From the human T2T-CHM13v2.0 reference genome, Homo sapiens: DNA of 64,000 bases. Below are positions 40,916-53,777 of the stretch, piece after piece. How positions within the stretch are numbered: position 1 is the first letter of the stretch; each line of letters opens with the position of its first letter. The position numbers and the translations under genes are program-made. The stretch lies in the NCBI RefSeq assembly GCF_009914755.1, contig NC_060926.1, one strand, 5' to 3'. Below the pieces are notes generated by a model. That model saw only the letters and a program-made list of their open reading frames with translations. It searched no databases and was not told where the DNA came from.

Positions 40916-41494
40916 GCAAAAAATTATCTCTAATTAAGTAACCTCATCTTATTTCTGTTCCCTTTCCATACTGAAGTTTTGGTTCAAATTTTGAATGTGG
41001 AATCCGGAATCTGATGTGCAAAGCAAACAAAAGAAATGAGATTGCCTGACGAACTGAAAAACCCTTTGCGCTCCAAAACCACTGTGCACTCGGGAATAAC
41101 AATAGATCACATTTAGGTATTCCTCATTCAATTATACAGCACTATTTTAAAGCATTCTAATTGACAAATAGCGTATACTCAAAAGAGTACATAAACCATA
41201 TGTGAATAGCTAACTGGATTATTACAAATTGAAGACACTCTTGTAACTCCCACTCATGTCTAAATCTAGATCATTACCAACTCCCAGAAAGCCCTGCTGT
41301 GCTGTCATTTGTGTATCTTCTCAAATGTTTTATTTGAAAAACTTCAACCCTTCAAAAAAGTTGAAACAGCACAATAAACACCTGCACACCTTTTAGTTAG
41401 TCATCAATTACTAATATTTGGCCACAGTTGCTAACTCTTGTGGTCCCCTTCCCTGCTCTCTCGCTCCTGTTGAAGTACTTGAAAAGTACCATAA

Positions 41495-42136
41495 TGAGAC
41501 AAGAGAGTAGGATCTGGAGGCAGAGAACCTAAGGCTGATTCACACTGACTTCCTAGAACTAAATCAAAAGGAAAACCCCAACTTTCCATGCCAAGTAACA
41601 AAAGGACCAGAGGCTCTTCCCTTTGCAACCCACCCCTTTTCTGCATGACAGATGAAAAATTGAAAGTACCTCTGATTGGTCTCCTCCCATAACAAATCAG
41701 GCTGGTCGTGGGCCAAGTCTTCATATAGGAGACTATACATAGAAGTCTAACTTTGCATAGGAGTAATTTCAGCCCCGATTGGTCACTTTCCACAACCAAT
41801 CAGATGTCTCCATAGGGGGTGACTTTGTAACTTCACTTCAGCCTCTCATTGGTCACTTTCCACAATCTATCAGACTGATCGTGGGCCACTACTTCATTTA
41901 CGTAGGGTGGGCACCAGGTAACCAATGGGAAACCTCTAGAGGGTATTTAAACTCCAGGAAATTCTGTAACCAGGCCGTTGAGCCACTTGCTCAGCCCACT
42001 GCCACTCTGTGGAGTGTGATTTCGTTTTCAACAAATCTGTGCTTTTGTTGCTTCATTCTTTCCTTGCTTTGTCTGTGCGTTCTGTTCAATTCTTTGTTCA
42101 AAGCACCAAGAACCTGGACACCTTCCACCGGTAACA
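41495..42136 (+). mobile_element. MER51 (ERV1) solo LTR
   Basis: TG...CA ends; ctgacttcctagaactaaatcaaaaggaaaaccccaactttcca; 4-bp TSD ATAA at 41491-41494 and 42137-42140. Confidence 0.9.
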
Positions 42137-42137
42137 A

Positions 42138-42176
42138 TAACCTTACTCCTAACCTCACTCCTAACCTCACTCCTAA
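42138..42176 (+). repeat. 12-bp tandem repeat x3
   Basis: taaccttactcc taacctcactcc taacctcactcc taa. Confidence 0.85.
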
Positions 42177-42539
42177 AAATTACATATATTTCCAAAAAGC
42201 AGGCCATTCTGCTATATAATCATTATTATGACAAATGTTGATTCAGTGACATTGTCTAATATCAAATCTATATTTAAATTTCCCCAATTGTCCCCAAAAC
42301 TTTATAGTTTTCTCCCTATCCAGGACCCAATTAGTATTTCTGTATTACTTCTGGTTTTTATGTGTCTTTAGTCTTCTTTACTTTTGAAACAGTCTTGCCA
42401 CCATTTTCACCTTCAGGGCAGTGAAAACATAAACAATCTTACCGAATGTCCCAGAACTGGGTTTCAAAAGTGTATCTTCTGTTTTTCTTTGTTATTGCTT
42501 GTATTTGTTTCTATACCTGAGGACGGCTACCTCAAATGT

Positions 42540-43745
<1,206 letters not shown>

Positions 43746-43852
43746 TGGATATTTGGTTTGCAATGGTACAGTGGTTTTCAAACCCAGTACTATATGTACA
43801 CACAGACACACATACACACATACATGTAAAAAATTGGGTCAGAGAAACAATT

Positions 43853-44049
43853 ATCCTATTTTACGTTCTGGGATACATACGCAGGATGTGCAGGTTTGTT
43901 CCACAGGTAAACGTGTGCCATGGTGGTTTGTTGCACCTATCAACCTATCACCTAGGTATTAAGCCCAGCACGCATTAGCTCTTTTGCCTGATGCGCTACT
44001 CCCTGACAGGTTCCAGGGTGTGTTATTCCCCTCCCTGCATCTGTGTGTG
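43853..44049 (-). mobile_element. L1PA (older primate, ~PA8) 3'UTR fragment
   Basis: gtgcaggtttgttccacaggtaaacgtgtgccatggtggtttg; TSD gagaaacaatt at 43842-43852 and 44050-44060. Confidence 0.88.
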
Positions 44050-44760
44050 GAGAAACAATTTTTTTAAAAATCCATAGACAGTAGAAGTTGACTGCACTAT
44101 TTATCCTATTAGATAAAACTGATATCATATTTCCCTGTACTCCATCAAAAAAACTAAGAATTATGATGAATATATACATGGATATATTCATACTTACATT
44201 ATCAAATAAAAAGAAAAACGTCTCACAAATTAGGTCAATGAATTTCCCACTGTGGATAGGAACTATGAGGTCAAATGCAGATATATTTTCTTAGCCTAAT
44301 TTTTGTTTGCAATATGAAGTGCTTCTTTCACATTATGACATCTGTCTCCAACACCTTCATCTTCCTTTCCTTCCAACCCCCAAACTTCCATTTAGCACAA
44401 ATACTATACAATTGGCTGCACAAATTCAATATTCAACAGCTATAATTAGGATCAGGAGAAAGAAATGAAGCCATATTTTTCTTAAAAAAAAAAAAACTAC
44501 AGCTGAATTCATTTTACTTAGCAGCAATTAAAACACATTTGTGAATTTATAAATATTTTGTAGCATGGTTCTGCAAGTGTTTCTAATTTAAGCAATGACA
44601 GGTGCTTGTTGTTTAAAATAAATAGCAATCCTGGGGTCTTTTACTTAGGATGCAAAAATGTGGAATAACTAGATTGAGTGCCAGCTAAATTAAAAATAAA
44701 TAAATTCTGCTATTTCCTGCTTAGTGAACTCTGACATGCGTCAGAGTAGCAGGTGAAGAA

Positions 44761-44943
44761 GTGCCTACTACGTGCCAGGTGCTATGTTATTTAGTTGCAT
44801 TTAATCATCAGAAAAATTCTGAACCTTAGTTGTTAATAGCCTCATGTTATAAGTAAGGAAACTGAGCTTAGAACGGATAAATAACTTAGCCAAGATCATA
44901 TTGCCAAGAAGTGGTAGAGATGAAGTTTAAGCACAAAGTCAGA
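44761..44943 (-). mobile_element. MIR SINE
   Basis: gtgcctactacgtgccagg...aaggaaactgagcttagaacggataaataacttagccaagatcata. Confidence 0.8.
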
Positions 44944-45150
44944 CCCTTTCCCGTGGGAGTAGTTGCTGGTGTTGATCCTTGTCTTTGCCAACCACAGCTC
45001 AGCTGAATACCTGCAGGAGCTATCACAGTACAGCAATACCAGTCTTACATGCAGTTTAGGAAGAGGAAGAATTGTGGGTTTCCAGTGAATGGTGATCTAA
45101 ATGTCTTTCTGTGTTCATTTTTAGGAAGCAATTGAAAGATTAAATTTTAA

Positions 45151-45380
45151 GCTCTGAAGTCAGACTGTTTGCATTTGAATCCCACCTCAGCCACTTCTTA
45201 GATTATGAATTTGGGTAGGTTTCTTAGCTACTCAAAGCCTCGGTTTCCCCTTGATAAAATGAGGATGCAATCATCATCTACCCTACAGGACTGCATTGCG
45301 GATAAAGTCAAATGATGAGTAGAAATCAGTGAGCACACTGCCTGGGACATTATGAAAGCTCAATAAAACTTGGATATTAT
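45151..45380 (+). mobile_element. MIR SINE
   Basis: gctctgaagtcagactg...ttgaatcccacctcagccactt...gcctcggtttcccc...gctcaataaaa. Confidence 0.8.
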
Positions 45381-46041
45381 GATGCTGTTTAATATAAAGC
45401 GATCTTTGGGAGCATGCCCTGCCTCCAAATATGGTATCTACTCAAGAGCCACACCCGAAGTCACAATAGGACAAATTCAGTCTTAGAAGTCACTAGGTCC
45501 TACAGCCTTTTAAAGAATGAGTTCAAGCATCATTTTCCCCAAGAATATTTCCTAGATATTCCATACATGTTTGTCTAGCATTCTGCTTATCGGAATATAC
45601 ACAATATTTAAGTAAACTTTATTCTGTAACAACATATTATGATGTTTACTTATGTGGCTTTTGCCTTACCTAGTCTGCGTGCTTTCTGAGGGCAGAAATT
45701 CTTTCTGTCTTACCCATCTCTGGACACAGTTAAGACTTTTGGCCCTTGCCCTAACTTGCTGACACAGGGTCTTACCTCTGCAGAGCTGTTCCTCTCCCTG
45801 CAAAGAATTTCTGAGGGTCCCCAAAGTGCTGTTCCATCTGCTCGTCACCGTGGTCTTGCTAAGGTCTGTGGGGCATGGCTACCTCTCTTTCTGGATATCA
45901 CTTCCTTTTTCTACCACTGGTAACTCCTCCCAAGTGCTGCTAGAACAGCTCTTGGCATCCAAATTGAGCAGTATCCTGTGAAAAAGTGTGGAAGAATCTT
46001 CTCTGTTTGTGTTTTGCTTTGTTCTAGGGTTTCCCAAAGTA

Positions 46042-46960
46042 GTAGTGGAGTACAAATGGTGGAAAAATGGGCGTGGTCCACCCCAGGTGAAGGCAATAGA
46101 GGGTATGTGTCTGCAGAGAATTTGAAAATAATAAAACTAACTTGAAGTCAGTCTGCTTTTTACTACCACTATGTGCCAATCAATCAATCAAACAGTGATG
46201 GTAGTAAACTACCCCTCCCTGGAAAAAAGAAAACCTTTAGTTGATCTAATTTCTAAACAATTGCTATAGTTACTGAGCTTTTAATAACAACAGCAGCAAT
46301 AATACAGGCTTCAAATGATCAAGTTTTGTTACTTATACCTTAATATACATGGCATTCTACATGGAAGTTAACTCAGAGCACTCTCAGTAGTACAGTCAGT
46401 TTCCAGATATACAGGCTCAGCTATATAATTTCCTTTGAAGAGAAAGGAATGGTTTGGAATAGGTCCAACTCATCTTGGGTGGAGTTTATGTCTCTAATCC
46501 CTTGAATACTACATATTACTCAGTGTAAACAATAGATTCAAAATAATGATGGCATGTTGATTGTAAAGATGAAGAGACAGAACCTGACTTACTTCAACTC
46601 TGTCATTCTGTATGATCTCTTAGAGGTTTTATGTTTGAAATTTTAAAACGGCAAAGCATAGTACACATTTTGAGTCAGTTCAGTAAGTGCAAATTTTAGT
46701 TCATACATTGAATATTTTACTGAATTTTAATATTAAACTGAAATTTTAAAATTCTTTTTAAACTAAAGAATGAATCAAGAAAATAATGGTTATTAGTACA
46801 TGATTATGACTAGCAATAATTTTTAGAATAGGAAAGAGGAATCTTAAAAAGTAATCTGCTCTGTGCTCTGAGTGTCAAATATATTATATATGCCATGACA
46901 AGCATGATCTCTGGGCCACCATATTTTACAAATTTAGAGTAATCTTGAAGATACCAAAAA
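46042..46960. mobile_element. MER97-like hAT-Tip100 element
   Basis: ggtccaccccaggtgaaggcaataga...gtctgcagagaattt...gtcagtctgctttttact...ttctaaacaattgct; right boundary approximate. Confidence 0.6.
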
Positions 46961-46967
46961 CCCCAAT

Positions 46968-47262
46968 TGTGATGATTAATTTTGTGCGTCAACTTGGCTA
47001 AAGGATTTGCAGACAGCTGGTAGGTGTGTGTGTATGTGAAGTTGTTTATGGAAGAGACTTGCATTTGAATCAGTAGATCTAGTAAAGAAAATTGCCCTCA
47101 CCAGTGATGTTTGGCATCAACCAATCTGTTGAGAGCATGGATAGAAGATAAAGGCAGAGAAAGCATGGATTCTCTCTCCTTTATTGAGTTGACACATCCA
47201 TCTTCTCCTGCTCTCAAACATCAGAGCTCCTGATTCTTAAGCCTTCTGACTAACATACCAAT
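46968..47262 (+). mobile_element. MLT2-type ERVL LTR (partial)
   Basis: tgtgatgattaattttgtgcgtcaacttggct...gcatttgaatcagtaga...catccatcttctcctgc. Confidence 0.8.
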
Positions 47263-48759
47263 ATTCAGACCAGAGACAGTGAAATGTAAACTGGAGTCAG
47301 AGAACAAAACTCTTGCTTCTAAATCAAGTGTGTCCTGCTCCCCATATTCCTCCATTCTCAAGGCTTTTTAGGATCTAGCACAAAGATTCTTGAGGGGCCT
47401 GTTCCACTGTTGCTCCCACATGCACAGATATGTAAACACATGGCCATGTATGCCACTTAGACTCAAGCTGGGACCCTTCCACTTTTGTAATACCAGGTCA
47501 GGTACTGAGCCCAAACAGAGCAGATATACAGTGATTGTGAAATGGATAAGTGAAGAGATAAAATGTGTGACATTAAACTACACCAACACGATGGTGTTTA
47601 ATCTGATCTACTCTTGACTGGATGAGGAAAGGGAAAAGAGAAGGATGAGCATCAGGGAGGTAGCAGAAAAGTCAAGGAAAGGATCAGTAAGTGTGCTGCA
47701 AAGACTGGGGAAGCTTAGATCATGTCTCAGGCTGACCAGGCTAGAGCCTGAGTGGAGTTAAATTCCAGACACTGTTCCTCCAAATGCAGGAGTGGAGCAA
47801 CAGGAGAAGTCCCTTTATTGTTGCTTTTCTATTCCCATAGCACTTTGGGTTTTATGCTTTGCAACCATTAATTATTTTTTCCTCAAGGCACTCTGGTGAG
47901 ACCTCACAAGCTAGGAAACACACGGAACAAGATCAAGTGCCTTGCCAGGCCTGCAGAGCACTTCCGAGAGCGTAAGGATAACTGGCCTCATAGTTTCCCC
48001 TCCTGTGCTCAGGTCCCCATGGCCCTCTCCTAAGCCTTTCCTGCTAGAGGTAAAGAAATACTGTGTGGCCTCCAGGAGCCATCAAAGATGTGAATCTACT
48101 CACTTGTGCTTAATAATAATTGAAGACCTTCCGGAAAATGACTTTAGCTTTTTGAAAGTAATTTAAGGTGAGAAAAGAAAAAAGAAGATTTAAATATAAA
48201 ATGTTGAGTCCTGACTTAATTTTTCCTTTCTTAGGTAACTGGGGATTAGGCAAGATGGTATTGAACCCGTCATTTTGAACCTGAGGATATTTGGTTCTTT
48301 AATCTATCAATAGGGCAAGCAGTAATACTCAGCAAAAAGGATTAAGACTTCAGAATTCTATGGAGACTGCCAACCGTTAGCCTTCCTGTTGTTTGAGCTG
48401 TGGCATCACTCACTACCTCCAGAGTCCCTCCTACAACCCTGACGCCACCCTCAGGGGGATTCAGGAAGGCTCAGGCAGCTCCATGTGCCCCTTTTAGATT
48501 ACCATGTCTGTAGCCAGAGCCCCACCCACTTCACTCCTACAAACGGACCTAAAACAGTCCCCAGAAATGCTATAATCAGAATTTATGATGTACCTTTATC
48601 TAAAAGGCCATCACAGCTAATGTGATCATGCTTTAATATCTCTGTTTATGTTAGCTACTTCCAGGAGTTCAAGATTCAAGGTTATCTTACTACTTGAGTT
48701 TTTATTCTTCTGTGGCCCTAATCCTACCTGGTCTTCTATCACTCCCTGGCCTCCCAAAC

Positions 48760-49490
48760 CCATTTGCTCTTTTCTCTGGAGTTGAATCTATTATTGGCTA
48801 AATTCTTTAACCTCAACATTTCCTCCAAGTGGAATCTGACTACTGTCTGAGGGCACTACTTCTCCAACAGCCCTCACCAGCAATGATGTTTTTCTACTGC
48901 TCCCATGTTCCCTGGAGCCTGGACATGAGGTAGCATTTTCCTTGCTCCTCTGGGCCACTTCCACCCATTTTCCCACTCCTCCTTTCTCAAACTCGCGGCT
49001 TCTCTGAGCCCCATCTATTAGGCAGCACCATTCACTACCCCTCCTTGTGGTGCTTGTCTAACAAGTGTCCAGTTAGACCTCCATATTTATTGAAAATGTT
49101 AGGACCCAGGTCACCGCCTTTCTTACCAAAATGAATCCTCCTGTCATCATTCTTCACAGCTTCAACATCTGACAAGAGGATTCACCTATTACCCTGGCCT
49201 ATCACTTTTAGCTACAGTTCTTTTAGTTCACTTTAGCCATCAACTCTCATAATCTTAACAGCTTGGTTCACATAATTACCCATAACTGTATTACCTCCTT
49301 TATCTTGATTTCAAGTATTGTACTATCTGACCACCAGCTCTATCTTTCCAGCTCACATATCCTAACACTTCTCCCGTTCTAACATTTCTTTGATCTTCAT
49401 TGGAACTCTAAATCTATTGACTTTGACATACCTGTCAGTCCTCCTAGTGTCCTCATATCTTTCCTTACCTAACGTAGATTCCGTAGATCA
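48760..49490 (+). mobile_element. L2 ORF2 5' (APE endonuclease) relic
   Basis: Degenerate peptides ...PPVIILHSFNI... and ...IITHNCITS...IVLSDHQL (SDH motif of L2/L1 endonucleases). Confidence 0.6.
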
Positions 49491-50266
49491 CATAGTTTTT
49501 AATGGATCAGGAATTGGAGAGAGGTTGGATAGTTCTCCTTTTGGTCTCTCATGAAGTTGTAGAAAAGATGTCAGTGAGAACTACAGTCATCTGAAGTTTG
49601 GACTGGGACTGGAGGATGTTTCCAAGTTGGCTCAGTCACATGGCTGTTGGCAGGAGTCTTCATTTTCTCACCATGTGGACCTCTTCATGACGCTGCCTGA
49701 GTGTCTCCACAAAAGGGCAGTTGACCTCCCCCAGAGTGAGTGATCCAAGAAGAAGAGAAAGCAGGAAACTACAATGCCTTTTATGCCCTAGTCTTGGAAG
49801 CCACACATCACCACATCTACCATATTCTATTTGTTAGAAAGCATGTCATTAAGGCTGGGCGTGGTGGCTCACGCCTGTAATCCCAGCACTTTGGGAGGTT
49901 GAGGCTGGCGGATCACTTGAGGTCAGGGGTTTGAGACCAGCCTGGCCAACATGGTGAAACCCCATCTCTACTAAAAATACAAAAATTAGCAAGGCATGGT
50001 GGTGAGTGCTTATAATTCCAGCTACTCAGGAGGCTGAGGCAGAAAGGGGAGTCACTTGAACCCGTGAGGCAGAGGTTGCAAGTGAGCTGAGATTGCACCA
50101 CTGCACTGCAGCCTGGGCAAACAAAAATAAATGTCTAAACATAAATAAATAAATAAAAGAAAGAAAGTCATTAAGTTCAGTGTACACTCAAAAGGAGAAA
50201 AATCAGTCTCCACCTTTTGAAGACGGGAGTGTCAGGGAGTTTGTGTACATATTTAGGAGAAGCACA
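49490..50266 (-). mobile_element. MLT1(F/G/H)-type MaLR LTR split by an Alu
   Basis: cagtcatctgaagtttggactgggactggagg...ctcagtcacatggctgttggcagg; resumes at gtcattaag after the Alu. Confidence 0.75.
49853..50165 (+). mobile_element. AluS nested in MLT1
   Basis: Dimer with (TAAA)-type tail; gtcattaa on both sides. Confidence 0.93.
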
Positions 50267-50289
50267 CCATTTTACAGATAAGAAAATGT

Positions 50290-50698
50290 ATGTACCTGGG
50301 GGTCCAATAACTTGGCTGTGGTCAAGCAGTCTCAAACACGAAGGAATTTTTTATCTTGCCGTGTAAAGTCCTGATCAGTGGATACTTCAAGTAGCAGCTC
50401 AAAGACTCAGTATGCGTCCATTTTTTTGGATCTACTATCTTCAGTCCGTGGCTTTCAAGGTTGAAATTTTTGTCTACATCAAGCCCCGGAAGGGAAAAAT
50501 ATGAAGAATTGAACATGTGAAGTTTTTATAGGTCAGGCTTTGGAATGACAAAATATTATTTCTGCTCAAATTCCACGGGCTAGAGCTCAGTCACATGGCT
50601 ACAACTACCTGCAGGGAACGTTAGAAAATGTACACTAGCGGTGTGCTTAAGGAGAAGAGGAAATAGGTTTGGTGGGAATTTAGTAGTCTCAGGCCACA
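50290..50698 (-). mobile_element. MLT1(I/J)-type MaLR LTR
   Basis: gctagagctcagtcacatggctacaactacctgcaggga...ggagaagaggaaataggtttggtg...gccaca. Confidence 0.65.
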
Positions 50699-51489
50699 CA
50701 CAAATCCCATGCTCGTACTAATAGCCACTGTGATGTGAAAATATGGATATTTATGTGTTCATGAGGAAAGTGTGTCAGATGGAAGTGCAGGTAGGATCAC
50801 CAGCAACTTTCACAAATAGAAGTTTTGTGACTTTTTAAGATAAAATGGCAAAACAGTATCATACATTCAGATTGCTTCTATGCTTTTTATTGTTATTCAT
50901 CTGTTTGTTGATTGAAACCACCGCTGGATACACATATTTATTCCATTATATGCCTAAAGATATGTTTTGTAGGACATCCAATATATAATCATATATATAT
51001 ATATATGGGATTTTTCATCGTAACATGGAAATTAGGTTCATTTGGAGCTTTACTTTAGAATTACCTAGAAAATGAATCCAATCTTCCACTTCATCTTACA
51101 AACCACAATGTCCAAAACCTCTGGATACAAATGAATCTGTGCCAGTTCTCCTGTTTGCTCTGGAGTTGAGCACCCTGCAAAGTCTCCCCCAAGTATCTCT
51201 TAGATTCTCAGGGGTGGTAGCATCTTGTTGTGCTCAGCAACAAGTATACTCCCACTCCACTGACCCAACCTCTCACCAAGGCACCAAGCCACTGACTGTA
51301 AGCAAGCAACCTCTGGAGGAATGCGGTTCCACTGTGCTCATCAGCTCTCCACTGACAGCTACCCTAATCCCTGAGAATGCCAAAGCATTCTAGTCATGGG
51401 TCTACTATTTGAACTCTCAAACTCATGAAGTATTTCATAAACACATGTAGTACTTTTTTTCTGGTTTCAGCACTTTGGGTAGATAATAA

Positions 51490-51966
51490 TATTGTTCAGG
51501 CAATATTAACTCCTCCCTCCCTCCTGACAGGAGAATATGTTCTCACCCATTGATGTTGGTCTTATACATGTGACTTGCTTTGACCTCACAGTGGGCAGAA
51601 AATACCTCCCTCACCCCTTGAACTTGAGCATGACCCTTGACTTGTTTTCACCAATAGGATATTAGTTGATATGACATACACAGGAGCTAGAAATGTGCAT
51701 GTGTGTTTCAGCTTAGTCTATCACTCGCCTACTTTTGCCATGAGAAGAACACACCTCATGGAGCATCTGGTCGAAAAAGGTTAAGAAACACATGATATAC
51801 ACCTGGACTTAACCTGCAGAGCTAAGTCAGACAAACCCAGCCTACATCACCTGAACTCCAGTCAAGCCATGGGTGTGTGAGAGAGAAATAAATGCTTATT
51901 GCTGTATCCACTCCATTTTAGGGTGGTTTGTATGCAGTGTTTATGTGGCAATATCTGACTGTTATA
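51490..51966 (+). mobile_element. MLT1(G/H)-type MaLR LTR
   Basis: catgtgacttgctttg...gccatgagaagaac...aataaatgcttattg...gtggtttgtatgcag...gcaatatctgactg. Confidence 0.75.
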
Positions 51967-53777
51967 TTCTACCTTGGTCTCAAAATCAGTCCCTCAGGCT
52001 GAGACGTGGGAGTAAACATCAGTCTCTCCATTCCAAAGCTTTTCCTTCCCCTCTGTGCCCTTCAGACACTCCAGGACCAAACCAATCGAAATGAAACAAC
52101 GACCTGAATCCAGTATGGGACTCATCTAGGATATCTTGGCATATTTGACTAATAGTGACCAGCCCATGTTCCACATGAGTCCTCTTGTAGAATTTCTTTA
52201 AAAATAGCATTTGGAAATTAAGCTTCAGAACAAGTTTTCACTACCACCCAAAGATGCAGGCTTAACATTTCCTTTTACAGAGAAGTTTACTAAAGTGATT
52301 TTTTTCTATTTAATTAGGCTCTTGTGAATCACAGATCTTTCACATAAGTGAACTTACCCTGCAGGGTTAGTGGTATCTTTTCTGGCAAATATTTTACAAA
52401 GAAGGCATTTGTCTCAGAAATAAACATTTAATTTGGATGAATTTTCATAGCCACAGTGCTTGATTCTGATGAAAATGTTTACTAGCAGCATTTCTGCTTT
52501 AGAACGATTTGTTTCTATTATGTTGACAGAAACAAAATTTGGTTGGTTGTTGTTTGGGATGTGAAATGGTTTTGTAAGCATTTCAGCTTGATGCCCAGGC
52601 AGGCAGTCACAATATTTCTTCTTCAAATAAATGGGAGCCACCATTTTTCTATTCATTACTTCAATAAGAAAAGTTTAGCCGGTGAAAGGATTGTCAAAAA
52701 ACTGCATCATAAAAATCCTGAAGTAAATTGCAACAAAACTTAGTACACTGTAAATATTTTTGCAAAGATTTGGGCAATCTTTTCTTTCTATAAATACTTG
52801 TCTGCACAACAAAGGAAACGAAAAGTCAAAGGAGAAAATTGTGTTGTCTCATTTATAGTTGGGAACAGCAAATGTTACTGAATTAAGCAGAACCATATTG
52901 TGTGCTTCATGGGTTATACATAAGGTGGAAAAGTGGAATAGAATTTCATGCAAACATATTAAGCAACATAGAAGTGACTTCTGTAATTAAATCATATTTT
53001 TAATCATCAAAATTGAAAATAAGAGAAAACAACTTCTGAAGAAATCCAGGGTCAATCAGCTAAATAAACTAGTCATTCAGTCAACTAGCATTGATTAGAT
53101 TTTAGCAAGATGGAATTGACTTTGCTCCAACTCCACCCACTTCACAAACTAATTAAAAAAGCACATCAGAGACATCTTCAATCAGCTTAGGAAGATAAGT
53201 GGGCTTCAAAGCAATCAACTGCAAAACTCTGTCAAGAATAGCAATAGATTGTCAAAGAACTTCAGAGAGCTTTCCCAAAGTTACTCAAGTCAATCAGAAG
53301 AACAAAACCCTCAGGACCACATGCTCATAATTTTGGGGAACATTTTTGGACAATGTATCTGACTGAAAAGAAAGGGAAACACACACCAGCGGAGCATATA
53401 TTAGCATCCAACGTCTCACTTGGCTTCAGTCCACCCAAATACGCATTAAGCAAGAGTAATAACAATGCTTGGATCAAAGGGCTTGAAGGGTCGTTGGACA
53501 AATCATTTTAAATGTCTAGAAATGTACAATCACACATAGTCCTTAAATAAAAGAGAGGATTATTAGATTACCTTTTGCAAGGACCACTGTCTGCAGATCA
53601 GTAAAAGACCTTGCATCACGAGTGCTTCGTTCTCTTTGTTCTCCAAAGCACCACAGAACATTTTGTTCATTTTTGAATAGAGTGAGGAATAAAAAAAATC
53701 ACTTTGGTTCATTCCACGGCACTAGAAATGCTTTCTTTCAATGTATTTTCATTCCCAAAGTACTGTAAGTCTAATTT

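Larger units (their letters stand above)
41322..42500 (-). mobile_element. Old L1MC/ME 3' end, interrupted by the MER51 LTR
   Basis: tttatttgaaaaacttcaacc...aaagttgaaa... before the LTR; tttaaatttccccaattgtcccc...tccaggacccaa after it. Confidence 0.55.

Noticed and set aside
41431-42219. 122-aa and 146-aa ORFs
   Set aside because: They lie within the MER51 LTR and show no gag/pol/env similarity.
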